Of a stretch of 58,458 bases of DNA, positions 27,032 through 38,341 are shown piece after piece. The notes below the pieces were generated by a model. It was not told the origin of the DNA. It saw only the letters and a list, made by a program, of their open reading frames with translations, and searched no databases. Numbering within the stretch: position 1 is the stretch's first letter; each line of letters begins with the position of its first letter. A program made the position numbers and the translations under genes. This DNA is from Rhizobium sp. Q54 (GTDB taxonomy: Bacteria; Pseudomonadota; Alphaproteobacteria; CADEGL01), in contig CAMAPP010000003.1 in assembly GCA_945860095.1 (NCBI GenBank), positions 1 to 58,458 of the forward strand, written 5' to 3'.

Positions 27032-28969
27032 ATGTTCGATGACAAGCCCGCGCCCGGCGCCGGGCGCACGATGGCGGAGATTCTCGCCGCTCGCCTGTCG
27101 CGCCGCGACGTCTTGGCCGGCGTGGCAAGTGCCGCCGCGCTGGCGGCGATGGGTCCGGCACGCGAGCTTGGGGCCGCGACGACCGGCGGGTTGACGTTCA
27201 AGGAAATCGCGCACGGCGCGGACGAGACCGTCCATGTGCCCGAAGGCTATCGCTCGGACGTGCTCATGCGCTGGGGCGATCCGGTTCTGGGCGACGCGCC
27301 CGCCTTCGAGCCGCGCGCCCTCACCGCCGCGGCCCAGGCCAAGCAGTTCGGCTACAACAACGATTTCCTCGCCTTCATGCCGCTGCCTTTGGGCTCGGCG
27401 AATTCCACGCACGGGCTTTTGGTGGTCAATCACGAGTACACCGTGCCGCAGCTCATGTTTGCCGGGTTGCAGGGCGGGGAATGGGACTATCAGGCCCGCC
27501 AGACCAAGGCGCAGGTCGATGTCGAGCTCGAGGCGCACGGTCTCTCCGTCATCGAGATAAAAAAGTCCAAGGGCCAATGGCGCGCGCTGCCGGGCGGCAC
27601 ATACGCGCGACGCATCTCCATGACGACCGAGATCGCGGTCTCGGGTCCGGCGGCGGGCCACGCACGGCTCAAGACCTCGGCGGATCCTTCCGCGCGGCGC
27701 GTCTTGGGGACGCTCAACAATTGCGCGGGCGGCGTCACGCCCTGGGGCACGATTCTCACGGCCGAGGAAAATTTCGACATGTATTTCGCCGGCAAGGCCG
27801 CGAGCGAGGCCGACCGGAAGCGCCTCGATCGTTACGGCTTCGGCGGCAAGCAGCGCTACGCCTTCGCCAATCACCACGCCCGCTTCGATTTGTCCAAGGA
27901 GCCGAACGAAGCCAACCGCTTCGGCTGGATGGTCGAGTTCGACCCCTACGATCCGAAATCGGTGCCCGTCAAGCGCACGGCGCTCGGCCGCTTCAAGCAC
28001 GAGGGCGCGGGCGTGACGCTCGCCCCCGATGGCCGTGCGGTGCTCTATATGGGCGACGACCAGCAATTCCAATATCTGTACCGCTTCGTCACGGCGAAAC
28101 CCTACGATCCCAAGAACCGCGCGGCGAACCGAGACTTGCTCGATTCTGGCACGTTGTCGGTCGCGCGCTTCGAAGACAACGGCGTGCTGCAATGGTTGCC
28201 GCTGGTTTGGGGCCAGGGGCCGCTCACGGCGGCGAACGGCTTCGAGAGCGAGGCCGATATTCTCATCGATACCCGGCACGCGGCGACGCTCGTGGGTGCT
28301 ACGCCCATGGACCGGCCCGAGGACGTGGACGTGAACCCGGTCAATGGCCGGATCTATGCCATCTTCACGAGCAATTCCAACCGCAAGATCGAACACGAGA
28401 ATGCCGCACGCAGGCCCGACCCGGCCAATCCGCGCGGCCCCAATCCATTCGGTCACATACTCGAATTGATGGCGCCGGGCGGTCCCACGAGCGCCGAGCA
28501 CGCGGCGCCCGCCTTCCGTTGGGACATCTTCATCCTCGCGGGCGATCCGCGCGTGGCGGACGTGGGCGCGCGCTATCACCCCCAGGTCTCGGCGAATGGC
28601 TGGTTCGGCGCGCCCGACAATTGCGCCTTCGATCCAAGGGGCCGCATCTGGATCGCAACCGACCAGGGGAACAATTGGACTCGCACCGGGACGGGCGACG
28701 GCATTTGGGCGTGCGAGGTCCAGGGCGCGGAGCGCGCGCTGACGAAGTTCTTCGCGCGCATGCCCCTCGGCGCCGAATGTTGCGGGCCGTGTTTCACGCC
28801 CGACGGCAAGACCCTGTTCGTCGCCGTGCAGCACCCGGCGGCGGACGGCGTGGGCTTGCTCGACTTCGAAAACCCCGTGACGCGCTGGCCCGATTTCAAG
28901 GCCGATATGCCGGTTCGGCCTTCGGTCATCGCCGTGACCAAGAAGGACGGCGGTCTTATCGGCGATTAG
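27032..28969 (+). CDS. phoX: PhoX-family alkaline phosphatase, Tat-exported
   Basis: SRRDVL Tat motif; FGYNND, NNCAGGVTPWG, GRFKHEG, MDRPED, PDNCAF and AVQHP motifs. Confidence 0.92.
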   Translation: MFDDKPAPGAGRTMAEILAARLSRRDVLAGVASAAALAAMGPARELGAATTGGLTFKEIAHGADETVHVPEGYRSDVLMRWGDPVLGDAPAFEPRALTAAAQAKQFGYNNDFLAFMPLPLGSANSTHGLLVVNHEYTVPQLMFAGLQGGEWDYQARQTKAQVDVELEAHGLSVIEIKKSKGQWRALPGGTYARRISMTTEIAVSGPAAGHARLKTSADPSARRVLGTLNNCAGGVTPWGTILTAEENFDMYFAGKAASEADRKRLDRYGFGGKQRYAFANHHARFDLSKEPNEANRFGWMVEFDPYDPKSVPVKRTALGRFKHEGAGVTLAPDGRAVLYMGDDQQFQYLYRFVTAKPYDPKNRAANRDLLDSGTLSVARFEDNGVLQWLPLVWGQGPLTAANGFESEADILIDTRHAATLVGATPMDRPEDVDVNPVNGRIYAIFTSNSNRKIEHENAARRPDPANPRGPNPFGHILELMAPGGPTSAEHAAPAFRWDIFILAGDPRVADVGARYHPQVSANGWFGAPDNCAFDPRGRIWIATDQGNNWTRTGTGDGIWACEVQGAERALTKFFARMPLGAECCGPCFTPDGKTLFVAVQHPAADGVGLLDFENPVTRWPDFKADMPVRPSVIAVTKKDGGLIGD

Positions 28970-28981
28970 ACGCGTCCCGCC

Positions 28982-30046
28982 TCAGGGGGCCGTGCGCAAA
29001 ATATGCGCGGCCCGCAGGACCGCCGTCAGCAGCACGAGCGCGCCCGCCTGGTGCAGGGTACCGAGCGCGAGCGGCACCGCATATACCAAGGTCGCGATGC
29101 CGAGCGCCGCCTGGGCGAGCGCGGCAAGCGCGACCAGAAATCCCGCCCGCCGCTCCGCTTGCGCGCGCGCACGCCGCGCGCGGACCCAAAAACACAGCGC
29201 CGCCGCGACCACCGCCATGGCCAGAAAGCGATGGTTGAACTGCACGGCGGTGACGTTCTCGAACGCGTTGCGCCAGGCGGGCGAGAGTTCCCAATAGCCA
29301 TTGGGCAATAGCTGCCCGTCCATGAGCGGGAAGGTGTTGTAAATCAGACCGGCGTCGAGCCCGGCGACGAAGGCGCCCGCGATGATGGCGAGGAACACGA
29401 GGGCGCCAAGCGCGTCGGCGCCGCGCGCGAGGCCGCGCGCTGCGCCGCGCGGCCGCGCGATGCCCCAGGCCGTCCACAGAATCGCCGCATAGATCGCAAC
29501 CGCAAGGCCGAGATGGCCCGCCAGGCGATAGGCGCTGACGTCCGGCCGGTCCACGAGGCCGCTTTGCACCATGTACCAGCCGAGCGCGCCTTGCAGGCCG
29601 CCGAGCAAAAAAATCGCGATCAGGCGCCCGCGCAAGGGCGAGGCGAGACGCCCCGCGAGCCAAAAACCGAGGAAGGGCACGAGAAAGACGAGGCCGATGA
29701 GCCGCCCCCAAAGGCGGTGGAGATATTCCATCCAATAGATCGCCCGGAAGTCCTCGAGCGTCATATTGGGATTGATCTTTTGGTACTCGGGGTACTGGCG
29801 GTAGCGCGCGAAGGCCGCCCGCCAATCGTCGCCGTCGAGCGGCGGAATGGTGCCCAGCAAGGGCTGCCATTCGACGATCGATAGCCCGGAATCGGTCAGG
29901 CGCGTGACACCGCCCAAAATCACCATGGCGAACACCATGGCCGCGCATGCATATAGCCACGCGACAACGGCGCCCTGGCGGGCCGGCGGTTGATTTGCCG
30001 GGCGCGCGCCACCATCTTTTTTCCAAGCTTCAGGAAAGGCGGTCAT
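28982..30046 (-). CDS. ctaA: Heme A synthase (COX15/CtaA)
   Basis: [40 protein letters not shown] and QFNHR motifs; no other in-frame ATG/GTG/TTG before TM1. Confidence 0.93.
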   Translation of the reverse strand: MTAFPEAWKKDGGARPANQPPARQGAVVAWLYACAAMVFAMVILGGVTRLTDSGLSIVEWQPLLGTIPPLDGDDWRAAFARYRQYPEYQKINPNMTLEDFRAIYWMEYLHRLWGRLIGLVFLVPFLGFWLAGRLASPLRGRLIAIFLLGGLQGALGWYMVQSGLVDRPDVSAYRLAGHLGLAVAIYAAILWTAWGIARPRGAARGLARGADALGALVFLAIIAGAFVAGLDAGLIYNTFPLMDGQLLPNGYWELSPAWRNAFENVTAVQFNHRFLAMAVVAAALCFWVRARRARAQAERRAGFLVALAALAQAALGIATLVYAVPLALGTLHQAGALVLLTAVLRAAHILRTAP

Positions 30047-30845
30047 GGACGATCTCGATCATTTGGAAAGCCAGTCCATCTATATCTTCCGCGAGGCCTA
30101 CGGCAAGATCGAGAAACTCGGCATGCTGTGGTCCATTGGCAAGGATTCGAACGCCATGCTGTGGCTCGCCCGCAAGGCGTTCTTCGGCCATGTGCCGTTC
30201 CCCTGCATCCACATCGACACCAGCTTCAAATTACCGGAAATGATCGCCTTCCGCGACCGCGTGTCGCGCGATTGGGGAGTCGAGCTGATCGTCGGGCAAA
30301 ACAAGGCGGCGCTGGACGCGGGCATGAACCACGAGAAGGGCCGGGTGGTGTGCTGCACGGCGCTCAAGACCGACGGCCTCAAGGCGGTGATCGAGCAGCA
30401 CAAGTTCCAGGGCATATTCGCCGGCATCCGGCGCGACGAGGAAGGCACGCGCGCCAAGGAGCGCGTGTTCAGTCCGCGCGGCCTTGCCGCCGAATGGGAT
30501 TACCGCGATCAGCCGCCCGAGTTCTGGGACCAGTTCAAAACCGAATTCCCGCCAGGAACCCACGTGCGCATCCATCCCCTGCTGCATTGGACGGAACTCG
30601 ATATCTGGCGCTACATCCGGCGCGAGGGCATTCCGGTCGTCGATTTGTATTTTTCCAAGGGCGGACGGCGGTACCGTTCGCTGGGTTGCGCGCCGTGCAC
30701 GGGCTCGGTCGCAAGCACGGCCTCGACCCTCGACGAGATCATCGCCGAACTCGAGAGCACCAAGATTTCCGAACGCAGCGGCCGCGCCCAGGACAAGGAG
30801 GCCGAGGACGCCTTCGAGCGCTTGCGCGTCGGCGGCTATATGTGA
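30045..30845 (+). CDS. cysD: Sulfate adenylyltransferase subunit 2
   Basis: [18 protein letters not shown] and [11 protein letters not shown] motifs; AGGAAAGG RBS. Confidence 0.88.
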   Translation: MDDLDHLESQSIYIFREAYGKIEKLGMLWSIGKDSNAMLWLARKAFFGHVPFPCIHIDTSFKLPEMIAFRDRVSRDWGVELIVGQNKAALDAGMNHEKGRVVCCTALKTDGLKAVIEQHKFQGIFAGIRRDEEGTRAKERVFSPRGLAAEWDYRDQPPEFWDQFKTEFPPGTHVRIHPLLHWTELDIWRYIRREGIPVVDLYFSKGGRRYRSLGCAPCTGSVASTASTLDEIIAELESTKISERSGRAQDKEAEDAFERLRVGGYM

Positions 30846-30850
30846 CCGGC

Positions 30851-31258
30851 TCAGCGCGCAAAGCGCGCCCTCGCGCCGCGTTCGATCGCCGCCGCCGCGA
30901 GGCTATCGAGTGCAAAGCGCAGGCGCAGCAATTCGAGGATGCGCGCTTCCTCTTTCGACGACTTGCCGTCCACCAGCGCGATCTCCCAGCCCAGCGCATA
31001 GGCGGTTTCGCGCAGCCTTGGCGGCGTGGCCCGGGCGACGGAATTTAGCGCGGCTTCGAGCCCGCCCTTGCCGTTCACGATGACGGCGCAGCGTTTGGCC
31101 GAGGCCACCAGGGTCTTGCGGTCGAAATGGCGAAACGCCGGAAGATGGGCGGTCAAATCGCCGATGCGCCGCAGCTCGGCGTTCGTGATATCGCGGTCGG
31201 AACCGGCCACGAGAATCATGGCGTGGACGAGCGCATCGTGCACGGCCGTCATGTTCAT
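30851..31258 (-). CDS. TerB-like (tellurite resistance family) protein
   Basis: MILVAGSDRDITNAEL, LRETAYAL and AAIERGARAR patterns. Confidence 0.8.
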   Translation of the reverse strand: MNMTAVHDALVHAMILVAGSDRDITNAELRRIGDLTAHLPAFRHFDRKTLVASAKRCAVIVNGKGGLEAALNSVARATPPRLRETAYALGWEIALVDGKSSKEEARILELLRLRFALDSLAAAAIERGARARFAR

Positions 31259-31332
31259 GTTCCTTGATCGAGGGGGAAACAAAGATTCGGCGGCGCCTTG
31301 GCCGCGCGCGAGTATGTCTAGGCCAAGCTCGG

Positions 31333-34146
31333 CTACGCAAGCCGGCTTTCGAGGAAGGCACGCACCGCCTTGAGCGTTTCCGCCAGGCCCATCCGGCGCA
31401 CCGCGACGCCGTCAGGGAAGGCGCCGAGCAGGCGCGAGGGCAGGGCCGAATCGAGCATGACGAAGACCCCGCGGTCGTCCGCGCGTCGCAGCAAGCGGCC
31501 ATAACCCTGTTTCAGGCGTAGCCGCGCCACGAGATCGTCGTAGGCCCGGCCGAGGAACGCGGCCTTGCGTGCGCGATGCAGGATATCGGGGCGCGGCCAA
31601 GGCACCCGGTCGCAGACGATGAGGCGCAGCGCCCGGCCTGGCACGTCGATGCCGTCGCGCACCGCATCGGTGCCGAGTAGGCACGCGTCCTCCTCGGCGC
31701 GGAAGATGTCGATCAGCGTCGTCGTATCCCAGGCATCGACGTGCTGGGCGTAAAGCGCGAGACCGGCCGCCTCGAGCGGCGCGGCGATGCGCTGATGCAC
31801 GCCGCGCAGCCGCGCGATGGCGGTGAACAGGCCGAGCGCGCCGCCGCCCGCGGCGATAAACAATTCGCGGTAAGCCGCCGCGACCTGCTCGATCTCGGTC
31901 TTGCGCACATCGGTGACGATGAACACGGCGGTGTCGCGCGCGTAATCGAAGGGCGAGGGCACGGCCGCGCGCATCGCCGGCGCCAGCAGATGGCGCGCAC
32001 CGGTGCGCGTCTCGGCGGAGGCCCAATCCGCTTCCTCGTCCCCGGTGCGGTCGCGCAAGGTCGCCGAGGTGATGACCAGGCCATGCGCCTTCGACGCCAC
32101 GTGCTCGACGAACGGCACGGTGGGGTCGATCCAGTGGCGGAACATGCCGATATCGATCTCGCGCCCCTCGGCGCGGTCGAGGCCGAACCAATCGACGAAT
32201 ACGGCCGGCGCGCTCGGCATTGCGCCGCCGTCCTCGTCCTCCCCGTGCTCGGGCGACGGCTCGGCCGCGTTGCGCAGCGTCGCCAACATGTTCTGCCACG
32301 CGGCCAGTTCCGAGCGGCCGCGCCGCTTGAGGCCGCGCGCGATGGCCTCGATGCGCTGGCGCGAGGCGCTGTCGAGATCGTCGGCCTCGTCGTCGAGTTT
32401 GCTTTCCAAGCGCCGCGCCAGGGCGAGCAAGGGGACCGCCAGCCGCGCGAGCGCGGCCTCGAGCTTCGCCGCCGCGCCCAGCACGCCGGCGATGGCGGGC
32501 GCGGTTTCGGTTTCGAGGCCGTAGGGGCCGTGCGGCTCGGGCGCGCGGGCATAGATCTGCTGGCGCACGAGGATGAGAAAATCCTCCGCCGGGCCCTGCG
32601 GCTGGCCCGCGGCCAGGCGTTGCGCCCAGGATTCTCCCGGCAGCGCCCGCGCGGCGGCTTCCGCGTGGCCGAGCGCCTCCTCGGCTTCCCCGTCGCCGAA
32701 GGCAAGCTCGCCCACGCGCCGGCGCAGCCCGCGCGCGCGGCTGCGCCGGCCTTCCGCGCCAAGCACCCAGCGCCGCAACTCCGCCATTTCCAGGCCCGAG
32801 AGATGGGCCGAGAACGCCGAATCGGCGGCGTCGAAGACGTGATGGCCCTCGTCGAAGACGTAGCGCGGCGGCACGAAGGCGTCGTCGAGTCCGCCGAGCG
32901 CGGCCTGCACCATCACCAGCGCGTGATTGGCGATCACGATGTCGGCGCGCTTGGCGCCGCGCACGCTCTTCTCGATGAAGCAACGATGGTAATGCGGGCA
33001 AGCGGAATAGATGCATTCCCCGCGCCGGTCGGCGAGTTCGAGCGTGCGCCCGCGCCCGGCGAGGTCGGGCAGCCAACTCGGAAAATCGCCGCCCACCATG
33101 TCGCCGTCCCGGCTCGCCCCCGCCCAGCGCGCCATGAGGCCAAGCGCCACAAGATCGCGCCGCCGCCCGCCGGCGGCGGCAACGGTCTCCTCGAGATTGA
33201 GCAGGCACAGATAGTTTTCCCGCCCCTTGCGCACGACGACGCGCCGGGCCTTCTCGGCCGGATTCGACACCAGCTTGTCGAGTTCGTCGTCCACCTGATG
33301 CTGGAGATTGCGGGTATAGGTGCTGATCCAGACCGCGGCGCCGTTCTTCTCGGCCCACAGACTCGCGGGCGCCAGATAGCCGAGGGTCTTTCCCACCCCC
33401 GTGCCGGCCTCGGCCAGCACCACATGCGGCATGCCTGGGGACGCGCGCGGCGCGAACGCGGCCGCGACGGCGGAGGCATAATCGGCCTGCTGCGGACGGT
33501 CCTCGGCTCCTTGTCCCACGATCTCGGCCAGCCTGCGGCGCGCCTCGATGGGCTCGACCGGCAGGTTCGAGGGCGCGCTCTCGGGCGCGTGTTCGGCCCA
33601 TTCCGGCAATCGGGTCCAGACCGCGATCGCCCGCTTGTCCGCGTGCAATTCCGGCAGCGCCGCAAGAACCCGACTCGCCCAGGGCCAGCCGCCCTCCGCC
33701 ATGGCGGCGGCGATGCCTCGGGCCTCCGCCGCTTCGTCCTCGAAACCGACGAGCTCGTCGAGCAAGGCGCGCGCGGCCTCGGCGAGCACGTTGGCGTCCT
33801 CGGCGAGTTCGCGCGGCCGGGCCAAGCCCATGGCCGTCGCCAAGCCGCGCGGCGTCGGCAGCACAAAGCGTGCCGGGCGCACGAAGGCGAACAATTCGAG
33901 GACGTCGAGTGCTGGGAAGGGCGAGCCGCCGAGGCGCCTCGCCAGGGCGGGCAAATGGCAGACCAGCGGCGCGGGGCCGATTCGGGCGCGCCGCGCGGCC
34001 TCGGCGTGGGGCAGCGGGATATTCTCGCCGGCCTGGCGCCACAGCGCGCCGCGCACGCCCGCGACCAATACCGGAGGATCGGGCGTCGTGCGCGCCGCGC
34101 CGAGATCGTCGAGCGTCGCGTGGGCGTCGTCGAGATTGTCGATCAT
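31333..34146 (-). CDS. DinG-family ATP-dependent DNA helicase
   Basis: [30 protein letters not shown] and [10 protein letters not shown] motifs. Confidence 0.92.
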   Translation of the reverse strand: MIDNLDDAHATLDDLGAARTTPDPPVLVAGVRGALWRQAGENIPLPHAEAARRARIGPAPLVCHLPALARRLGGSPFPALDVLELFAFVRPARFVLPTPRGLATAMGLARPRELAEDANVLAEAARALLDELVGFEDEAAEARGIAAAMAEGGWPWASRVLAALPELHADKRAIAVWTRLPEWAEHAPESAPSNLPVEPIEARRRLAEIVGQGAEDRPQQADYASAVAAAFAPRASPGMPHVVLAEAGTGVGKTLGYLAPASLWAEKNGAAVWISTYTRNLQHQVDDELDKLVSNPAEKARRVVVRKGRENYLCLLNLEETVAAAGGRRRDLVALGLMARWAGASRDGDMVGGDFPSWLPDLAGRGRTLELADRRGECIYSACPHYHRCFIEKSVRGAKRADIVIANHALVMVQAALGGLDDAFVPPRYVFDEGHHVFDAADSAFSAHLSGLEMAELRRWVLGAEGRRSRARGLRRRVGELAFGDGEAEEALGHAEAAARALPGESWAQRLAAGQPQGPAEDFLILVRQQIYARAPEPHGPYGLETETAPAIAGVLGAAAKLEAALARLAVPLLALARRLESKLDDEADDLDSASRQRIEAIARGLKRRGRSELAAWQNMLATLRNAAEPSPEHGEDEDGGAMPSAPAVFVDWFGLDRAEGREIDIGMFRHWIDPTVPFVEHVASKAHGLVITSATLRDRTGDEEADWASAETRTGARHLLAPAMRAAVPSPFDYARDTAVFIVTDVRKTEIEQVAAAYRELFIAAGGGALGLFTAIARLRGVHQRIAAPLEAAGLALYAQHVDAWDTTTLIDIFRAEEDACLLGTDAVRDGIDVPGRALRLIVCDRVPWPRPDILHRARKAAFLGRAYDDLVARLRLKQGYGRLLRRADDRGVFVMLDSALPSRLLGAFPDGVAVRRMGLAETLKAVRAFLESRLA

Positions 34147-34312
34147 GGCGGAAGTTTTAGGTCGATGGCGTCCGACCCTTCCCGTTCGCTGCGCCCATGG
34201 CGGTGTCGCGGTCCGTGTTGGCGTGGCGCGCACGCGCGCCGCTCGCGCGCGACTCGGATTGACGCGGCGCGCGACGGACCCTAGCTTCGGCGCGCACCCC
34301 GAAGAAATTGCA

Positions 34313-35902
34313 ATGGAACCGATGACGAGTCTGCGCGAACTGGCGGAGAAGAGCAACGCTTGGCCCTTTCAGGAGGCACGCAAGGTCGTCCAGCGCTTGG
34401 GCGGCAAGGTGCCGGCGAAGGGCTACGCCCTGTTCCAGACGGGCTACGGGCCGTCCGGCCTGCCGCATATCGGCACCTTCGGCGAGGTCGCGCGCACGAC
34501 CATGGTGCGCAACGCCTTCGCTCTGCTCTCGGACGCACCCTCGCGGCTCTACGCCTTCTCCGACGACATGGATGGCCTGCGCCGCGTGCCCGACAACGTG
34601 CCGAACCGCGAGATGATGACCGCTCATCTCGGCCGCGCGCTGACCTCGGTGCCCGATCCCTTCGGCACTCACGAAAGTTTCGGCCACCACAACAACGCAC
34701 GCCTGCGCGCCTTTCTCGACCGCTTTGGCTTCGAATACGAATTCAAGAGCGCAACCGAGTGCTACAAGTCGGGCGCTTTCGACCAGACCCTGCTGCGCGT
34801 GCTCAAGGCTTACGACCGGGTGATGGCGATCATGCTGCCGTCCTTGGGCGAGGAGCGCCAGCGTACCTACAGTCCGTTCCTGCCCGTCTCGCCCAAGACC
34901 GGCCGGGTGTTGCAGGTGCCCATCGAGCGCCACGACGAGGCGGCGGGCACGGTGATGTTCCGCGACGAGGACGGCACGCCGACCGAGCTGCCGGTCACGG
35001 GCGGGCATTGCAAGCTGCAATGGAAAGTCGATTGGGCGATGCGTTGGGTTGCCTTCGACGTCGATTACGAGATGGCGGGAAAGGATCTCATTGATTCGGT
35101 GCGTCTGTCGGGAGAAATCGCCAAGGCGCTCGGCGCGAAGCCGCCCGAGAACGTGATCGCCGAATTGTTCCTCGACGAGAACGGCGAGAAGATCTCCAAG
35201 TCCAAGGGCAATGGCCTCGCAATCGAGGAATGGCTGGCCTATGCGCCGCGCGAAAGCGTGTCGCATTTCATGTTCCAGCAGCCCAAGCGCGCCAAGCGAT
35301 TGTATTTCGACGTGATCCCGCGCCAGGTCGACGAATATCTCGGCGCGCTGGAGAAATTCCAGACGCAGGAGCCGGCCGCGCAGATCGACAATCCCGTCTG
35401 GCACATCCACAACGGACGCCCGCCTAGTGAGAAATTCCCCGTGGGTTTCGGCCTGCTGCTCAATCTCGCCTCCGTGTGCAACACCGAGGACACGGCGGTG
35501 CTGTGGGGCTTCGTCGAGCGCTATGCACCCGGCGCCAATGCCAAGACCCACCCCTTCCTCGACGCCATGATCGGATTCGCGCTCGCCTATTACCGTGACT
35601 TCGTGAAGCCATCGAAACACTACCGCCAACCGAACGAGGCCGAGAGAGAGGCGCTCGAAGACCTCGCCGCCGCGCTCGCCAATTTGCCGCGCGGCGCGGA
35701 CGCCGAGGCGATCCAGAATGAAATCTATGCGGTCGGCAAGCGCCATCCCTTCGCCGATCTGCGCGCCTGGTTCCAGGCGCTTTACGAAATCCTGCTCGGC
35801 CAAAGCCAGGGGCCGCGCCTGGGCTCGTTCTTCGCGCTCTACGGCCTCGACGAGACTGACGTGCTCATCCGCAAGGCGCTGGCGGGCGAGGCATTGGCCT
35901 AG
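34313..35902 (+). CDS. lysS: Lysine--tRNA ligase, class I
   Basis: [11 protein letters not shown] and KISKSKGN motifs; C-terminal GPRLGSF. Confidence 0.96.
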   Translation: MEPMTSLRELAEKSNAWPFQEARKVVQRLGGKVPAKGYALFQTGYGPSGLPHIGTFGEVARTTMVRNAFALLSDAPSRLYAFSDDMDGLRRVPDNVPNREMMTAHLGRALTSVPDPFGTHESFGHHNNARLRAFLDRFGFEYEFKSATECYKSGAFDQTLLRVLKAYDRVMAIMLPSLGEERQRTYSPFLPVSPKTGRVLQVPIERHDEAAGTVMFRDEDGTPTELPVTGGHCKLQWKVDWAMRWVAFDVDYEMAGKDLIDSVRLSGEIAKALGAKPPENVIAELFLDENGEKISKSKGNGLAIEEWLAYAPRESVSHFMFQQPKRAKRLYFDVIPRQVDEYLGALEKFQTQEPAAQIDNPVWHIHNGRPPSEKFPVGFGLLLNLASVCNTEDTAVLWGFVERYAPGANAKTHPFLDAMIGFALAYYRDFVKPSKHYRQPNEAEREALEDLAAALANLPRGADAEAIQNEIYAVGKRHPFADLRAWFQALYEILLGQSQGPRLGSFFALYGLDETDVLIRKALAGEALA

Positions 35903-35949
35903 GACGGCGCAGGCCCTAGCCTTTCCCGCGCAATCCGCCGGAGGGGACC

Positions 35950-37122
35950 ATGGCCGAGGAAGCGCGTCTCGAACTGCCGTTTGGCGCCGGGGAATATCGC
36001 GCGCGCGTCGAGGGTGCGCGCGCCGAGATGGCGCGACGCGGCATCGATCTGTTGCTGCTGACGGTGCCGGAGAGCACGTTCTATCTCACGGGTTTCGAGA
36101 CCGGCACGGTGTTTGCGTTCCTGGTGCTGGCCTTGCCGCAAAAGGGCGAGGCGATGTGGGTCGTACGCAAGACCGAACTCAGCAATGTCCGCGCGCTTGC
36201 CCGCCAATCCTTGGTGACGGACGCGCGCGGGGCGGATGATGCGGAAGACCCCATCCTCGCGCTTGCCGATGTCGTGCGCGCCATGGGTTTCGCGAACGCC
36301 GCCATCGGCATCGAATGCCGGGGATTCTTCTTTACGATCGACCATTATGCGCAATTGCAAAAGGCCCTGCCGCACGCCGAATGGCGCGACGGGTCGGCTG
36401 TCATCGAGGGCTTGCGCGCGATCAAGAGCGCGGCGGAGCTCGCGTATATGCGCAAGGCCGGGGCCATCACCTCGGCCGCGATGCGCGAGGCGATCTTCGC
36501 CTTGAAACCCGGCATGCGCGACCATGAGCTCGCGAGCAATCTGTTCGCCGCCGCCTTGCGTCACGGCAGCGAGCCCATGTCCTTGGGGCCGTTCGTCACC
36601 ACGGGCGCGCGCACCTTCCTCGCGCACAGTTCCTGGACTGGCCGCGCCATCGCACCCGGGGAGGTCGTGAATACCGAAATGGCCTGCGTCGCGGCGCGCT
36701 ACAACGCGCCCATCTTTCGCGTCTCGTCCATCGGCGAGCCGCCGGCGGAAATCGCGCGCATGCACGACGCCTCGCGCGCGGCGCTCGATGCGGGCCTGGC
36801 GAAGATCGGCCCGGGCATGACCTCGGGCGAGGCCGACCGGGTGGTGCGCGCGGCAATCGCGGCGCGCGGCTACGGCGAACTGTTCGTCGTGCGCGCGGCC
36901 TACGGCATCGGCTTGGGATTTCCGCCGCGCTGGTCGGAATCCAACGTCATGGCGATTCGTGCCAACGATCCCCGGATTCTCCAGCCCGGCATGTGTTTTC
37001 ACCTTGTGCCCGCGCTCTACAAGCAGGGCGTGGGCGCGGTGTGCGCCAGTATGCCGATCGAGATTACCGCGAACGGCTGCGCGCCTCTCGCGACCATCGA
37101 GCCCGAGCTGTTCCGCGTTTAG
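35950..37122 (+). CDS. M24/creatinase-like hydrolase, DoeA/EutD-like
   Basis: FYLTGF, YNAPIFRV, YGIGLGFPPRWSE and PGMCFHLVP motifs. Confidence 0.8.
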   Translation: MAEEARLELPFGAGEYRARVEGARAEMARRGIDLLLLTVPESTFYLTGFETGTVFAFLVLALPQKGEAMWVVRKTELSNVRALARQSLVTDARGADDAEDPILALADVVRAMGFANAAIGIECRGFFFTIDHYAQLQKALPHAEWRDGSAVIEGLRAIKSAAELAYMRKAGAITSAAMREAIFALKPGMRDHELASNLFAAALRHGSEPMSLGPFVTTGARTFLAHSSWTGRAIAPGEVVNTEMACVAARYNAPIFRVSSIGEPPAEIARMHDASRAALDAGLAKIGPGMTSGEADRVVRAAIAARGYGELFVVRAAYGIGLGFPPRWSESNVMAIRANDPRILQPGMCFHLVPALYKQGVGAVCASMPIEITANGCAPLATIEPELFRV

Positions 37123-37129
37123 CGCGAGT

Positions 37130-37147
37130 CGCCCCGGCGCCGGGGCG
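37130..37147. terminator. Perfect 18-bp palindrome between convergent genes
   Basis: CGCCCCGGCGCCGGGGCG. Confidence 0.6.
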
Positions 37148-37150
37148 CGG

Positions 37151-37999
37151 CTATTTCCGCGTCTGGGCCTTCGACCACTCGAAGTACAACTCGCGCGCGC
37201 GCAGGGTGATGGGTCCGGGCTGAAAATGACAATCCTCGATGCGTGTCGCGGGCACGACCTTGTCGAGATTGCCGGTCGAGAACACCTCGTCGGCCGCCAG
37301 CACGTCCTCCATGGTCATGGAGCGTTCCTCGACCGCGACACCGTCCTCGCGCAAGAGCCCCATCACGCGTCGGCGAGTGATGCCGTTGAGGAAGGTGCGG
37401 TTGTGGACCGGCGTGTGGACGGCGCCGTCCTTGACCACGAACAGATTGGCCGTCGCGAATTCCGCCACATGGCTGTTGGGGTCGAGCATGATCGCGGTCT
37501 CGAAGCCCTTGGCATTGGCCTCGCGGATGGCGCGCGCGGCATTGGGATAGAGGCAGGCGGCCTTGGCTTCGGTGGGGGCCATGTCGGGCGCGGGGCGTCG
37601 CCAGCGCGAGAGACACGCGCTGAACCCGGTCGGTGCCTTCATCGGCCGGTCGAGCCATACGAGGGTGAAGCGCGTGGTTTCCGGGTCGAGCACGACGAAG
37701 CCGCCCTCGGCGTAAAACATCGGCCGGATATACAACTCGGCGTCGCGCGGGAAGCGCTCGATGCCCTGCCACACGAGATCGTAGATCTCGCGCGCGGTCA
37801 GCATCGGCTTCAAGCCCATCACATGGGCCGAGATCAGCAGGCGCTCGCAATGCCGGTCGAGATCGGGCGAGGTGCCGCGGAAGGATCGCATGCCCTCGAA
37901 TACCGCCGTCGCCATCCAGATCGACTGCGTGATCGGACCGATGACCTTGTGGTTGTCGTCCTGATACCAGGTGCCGTCGATATAGCCGAGTGTCTGCAT
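37151..37999 (-). CDS. PLP class IV aminotransferase (IlvE/DAT-like)
   Basis: VFEGMR, HCERL, AKAACLYPN, EFATAN and FLNGITR motifs. Confidence 0.88.
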   Translation of the reverse strand: MQTLGYIDGTWYQDDNHKVIGPITQSIWMATAVFEGMRSFRGTSPDLDRHCERLLISAHVMGLKPMLTAREIYDLVWQGIERFPRDAELYIRPMFYAEGGFVVLDPETTRFTLVWLDRPMKAPTGFSACLSRWRRPAPDMAPTEAKAACLYPNAARAIREANAKGFETAIMLDPNSHVAEFATANLFVVKDGAVHTPVHNRTFLNGITRRRVMGLLREDGVAVEERSMTMEDVLAADEVFSTGNLDKVVPATRIEDCHFQPGPITLRARELYFEWSKAQTRK

Positions 38000-38104
38000 T
38001 GCGCCCTCTTGCGCACATGGGGAACCGCTGGGGAAACCGCCTGGGCAGTCTATCATGGCGCTCGAGAAGGGCGAGGCGCACGACCGCGCCACAATATCGT
38101 CGCC

Positions 38105-38179
38105 GGCCCGTATCGGCCCGGCCCATATCGGCATGGCCCATATCGGCATGGCCCATATCGGCATGGCCCATATCGACGT
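38105..38179. repeat. 15-bp tandem repeat GGCCCATATCGGCAT x5 (three perfect)
   Basis: Units start at 38105, 38120, 38135, 38150 and 38165. Confidence 0.95.
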
Positions 38180-38341
38180 GGACGAACCGCTTGCGCCCAT
38201 TGTCTAGTGCTTGAAGTCTGGCGCGCGGCCAAGACGAATCGGACGGCGCCGGTTGTGGCCGGGCTCGATATGCCGCGCCGTCGCGCGCTTAAGGCTAGGA
38301 ATGGCTAGGGGAACGGGCGAGATGTTCGGCGGGGTTGGCGC

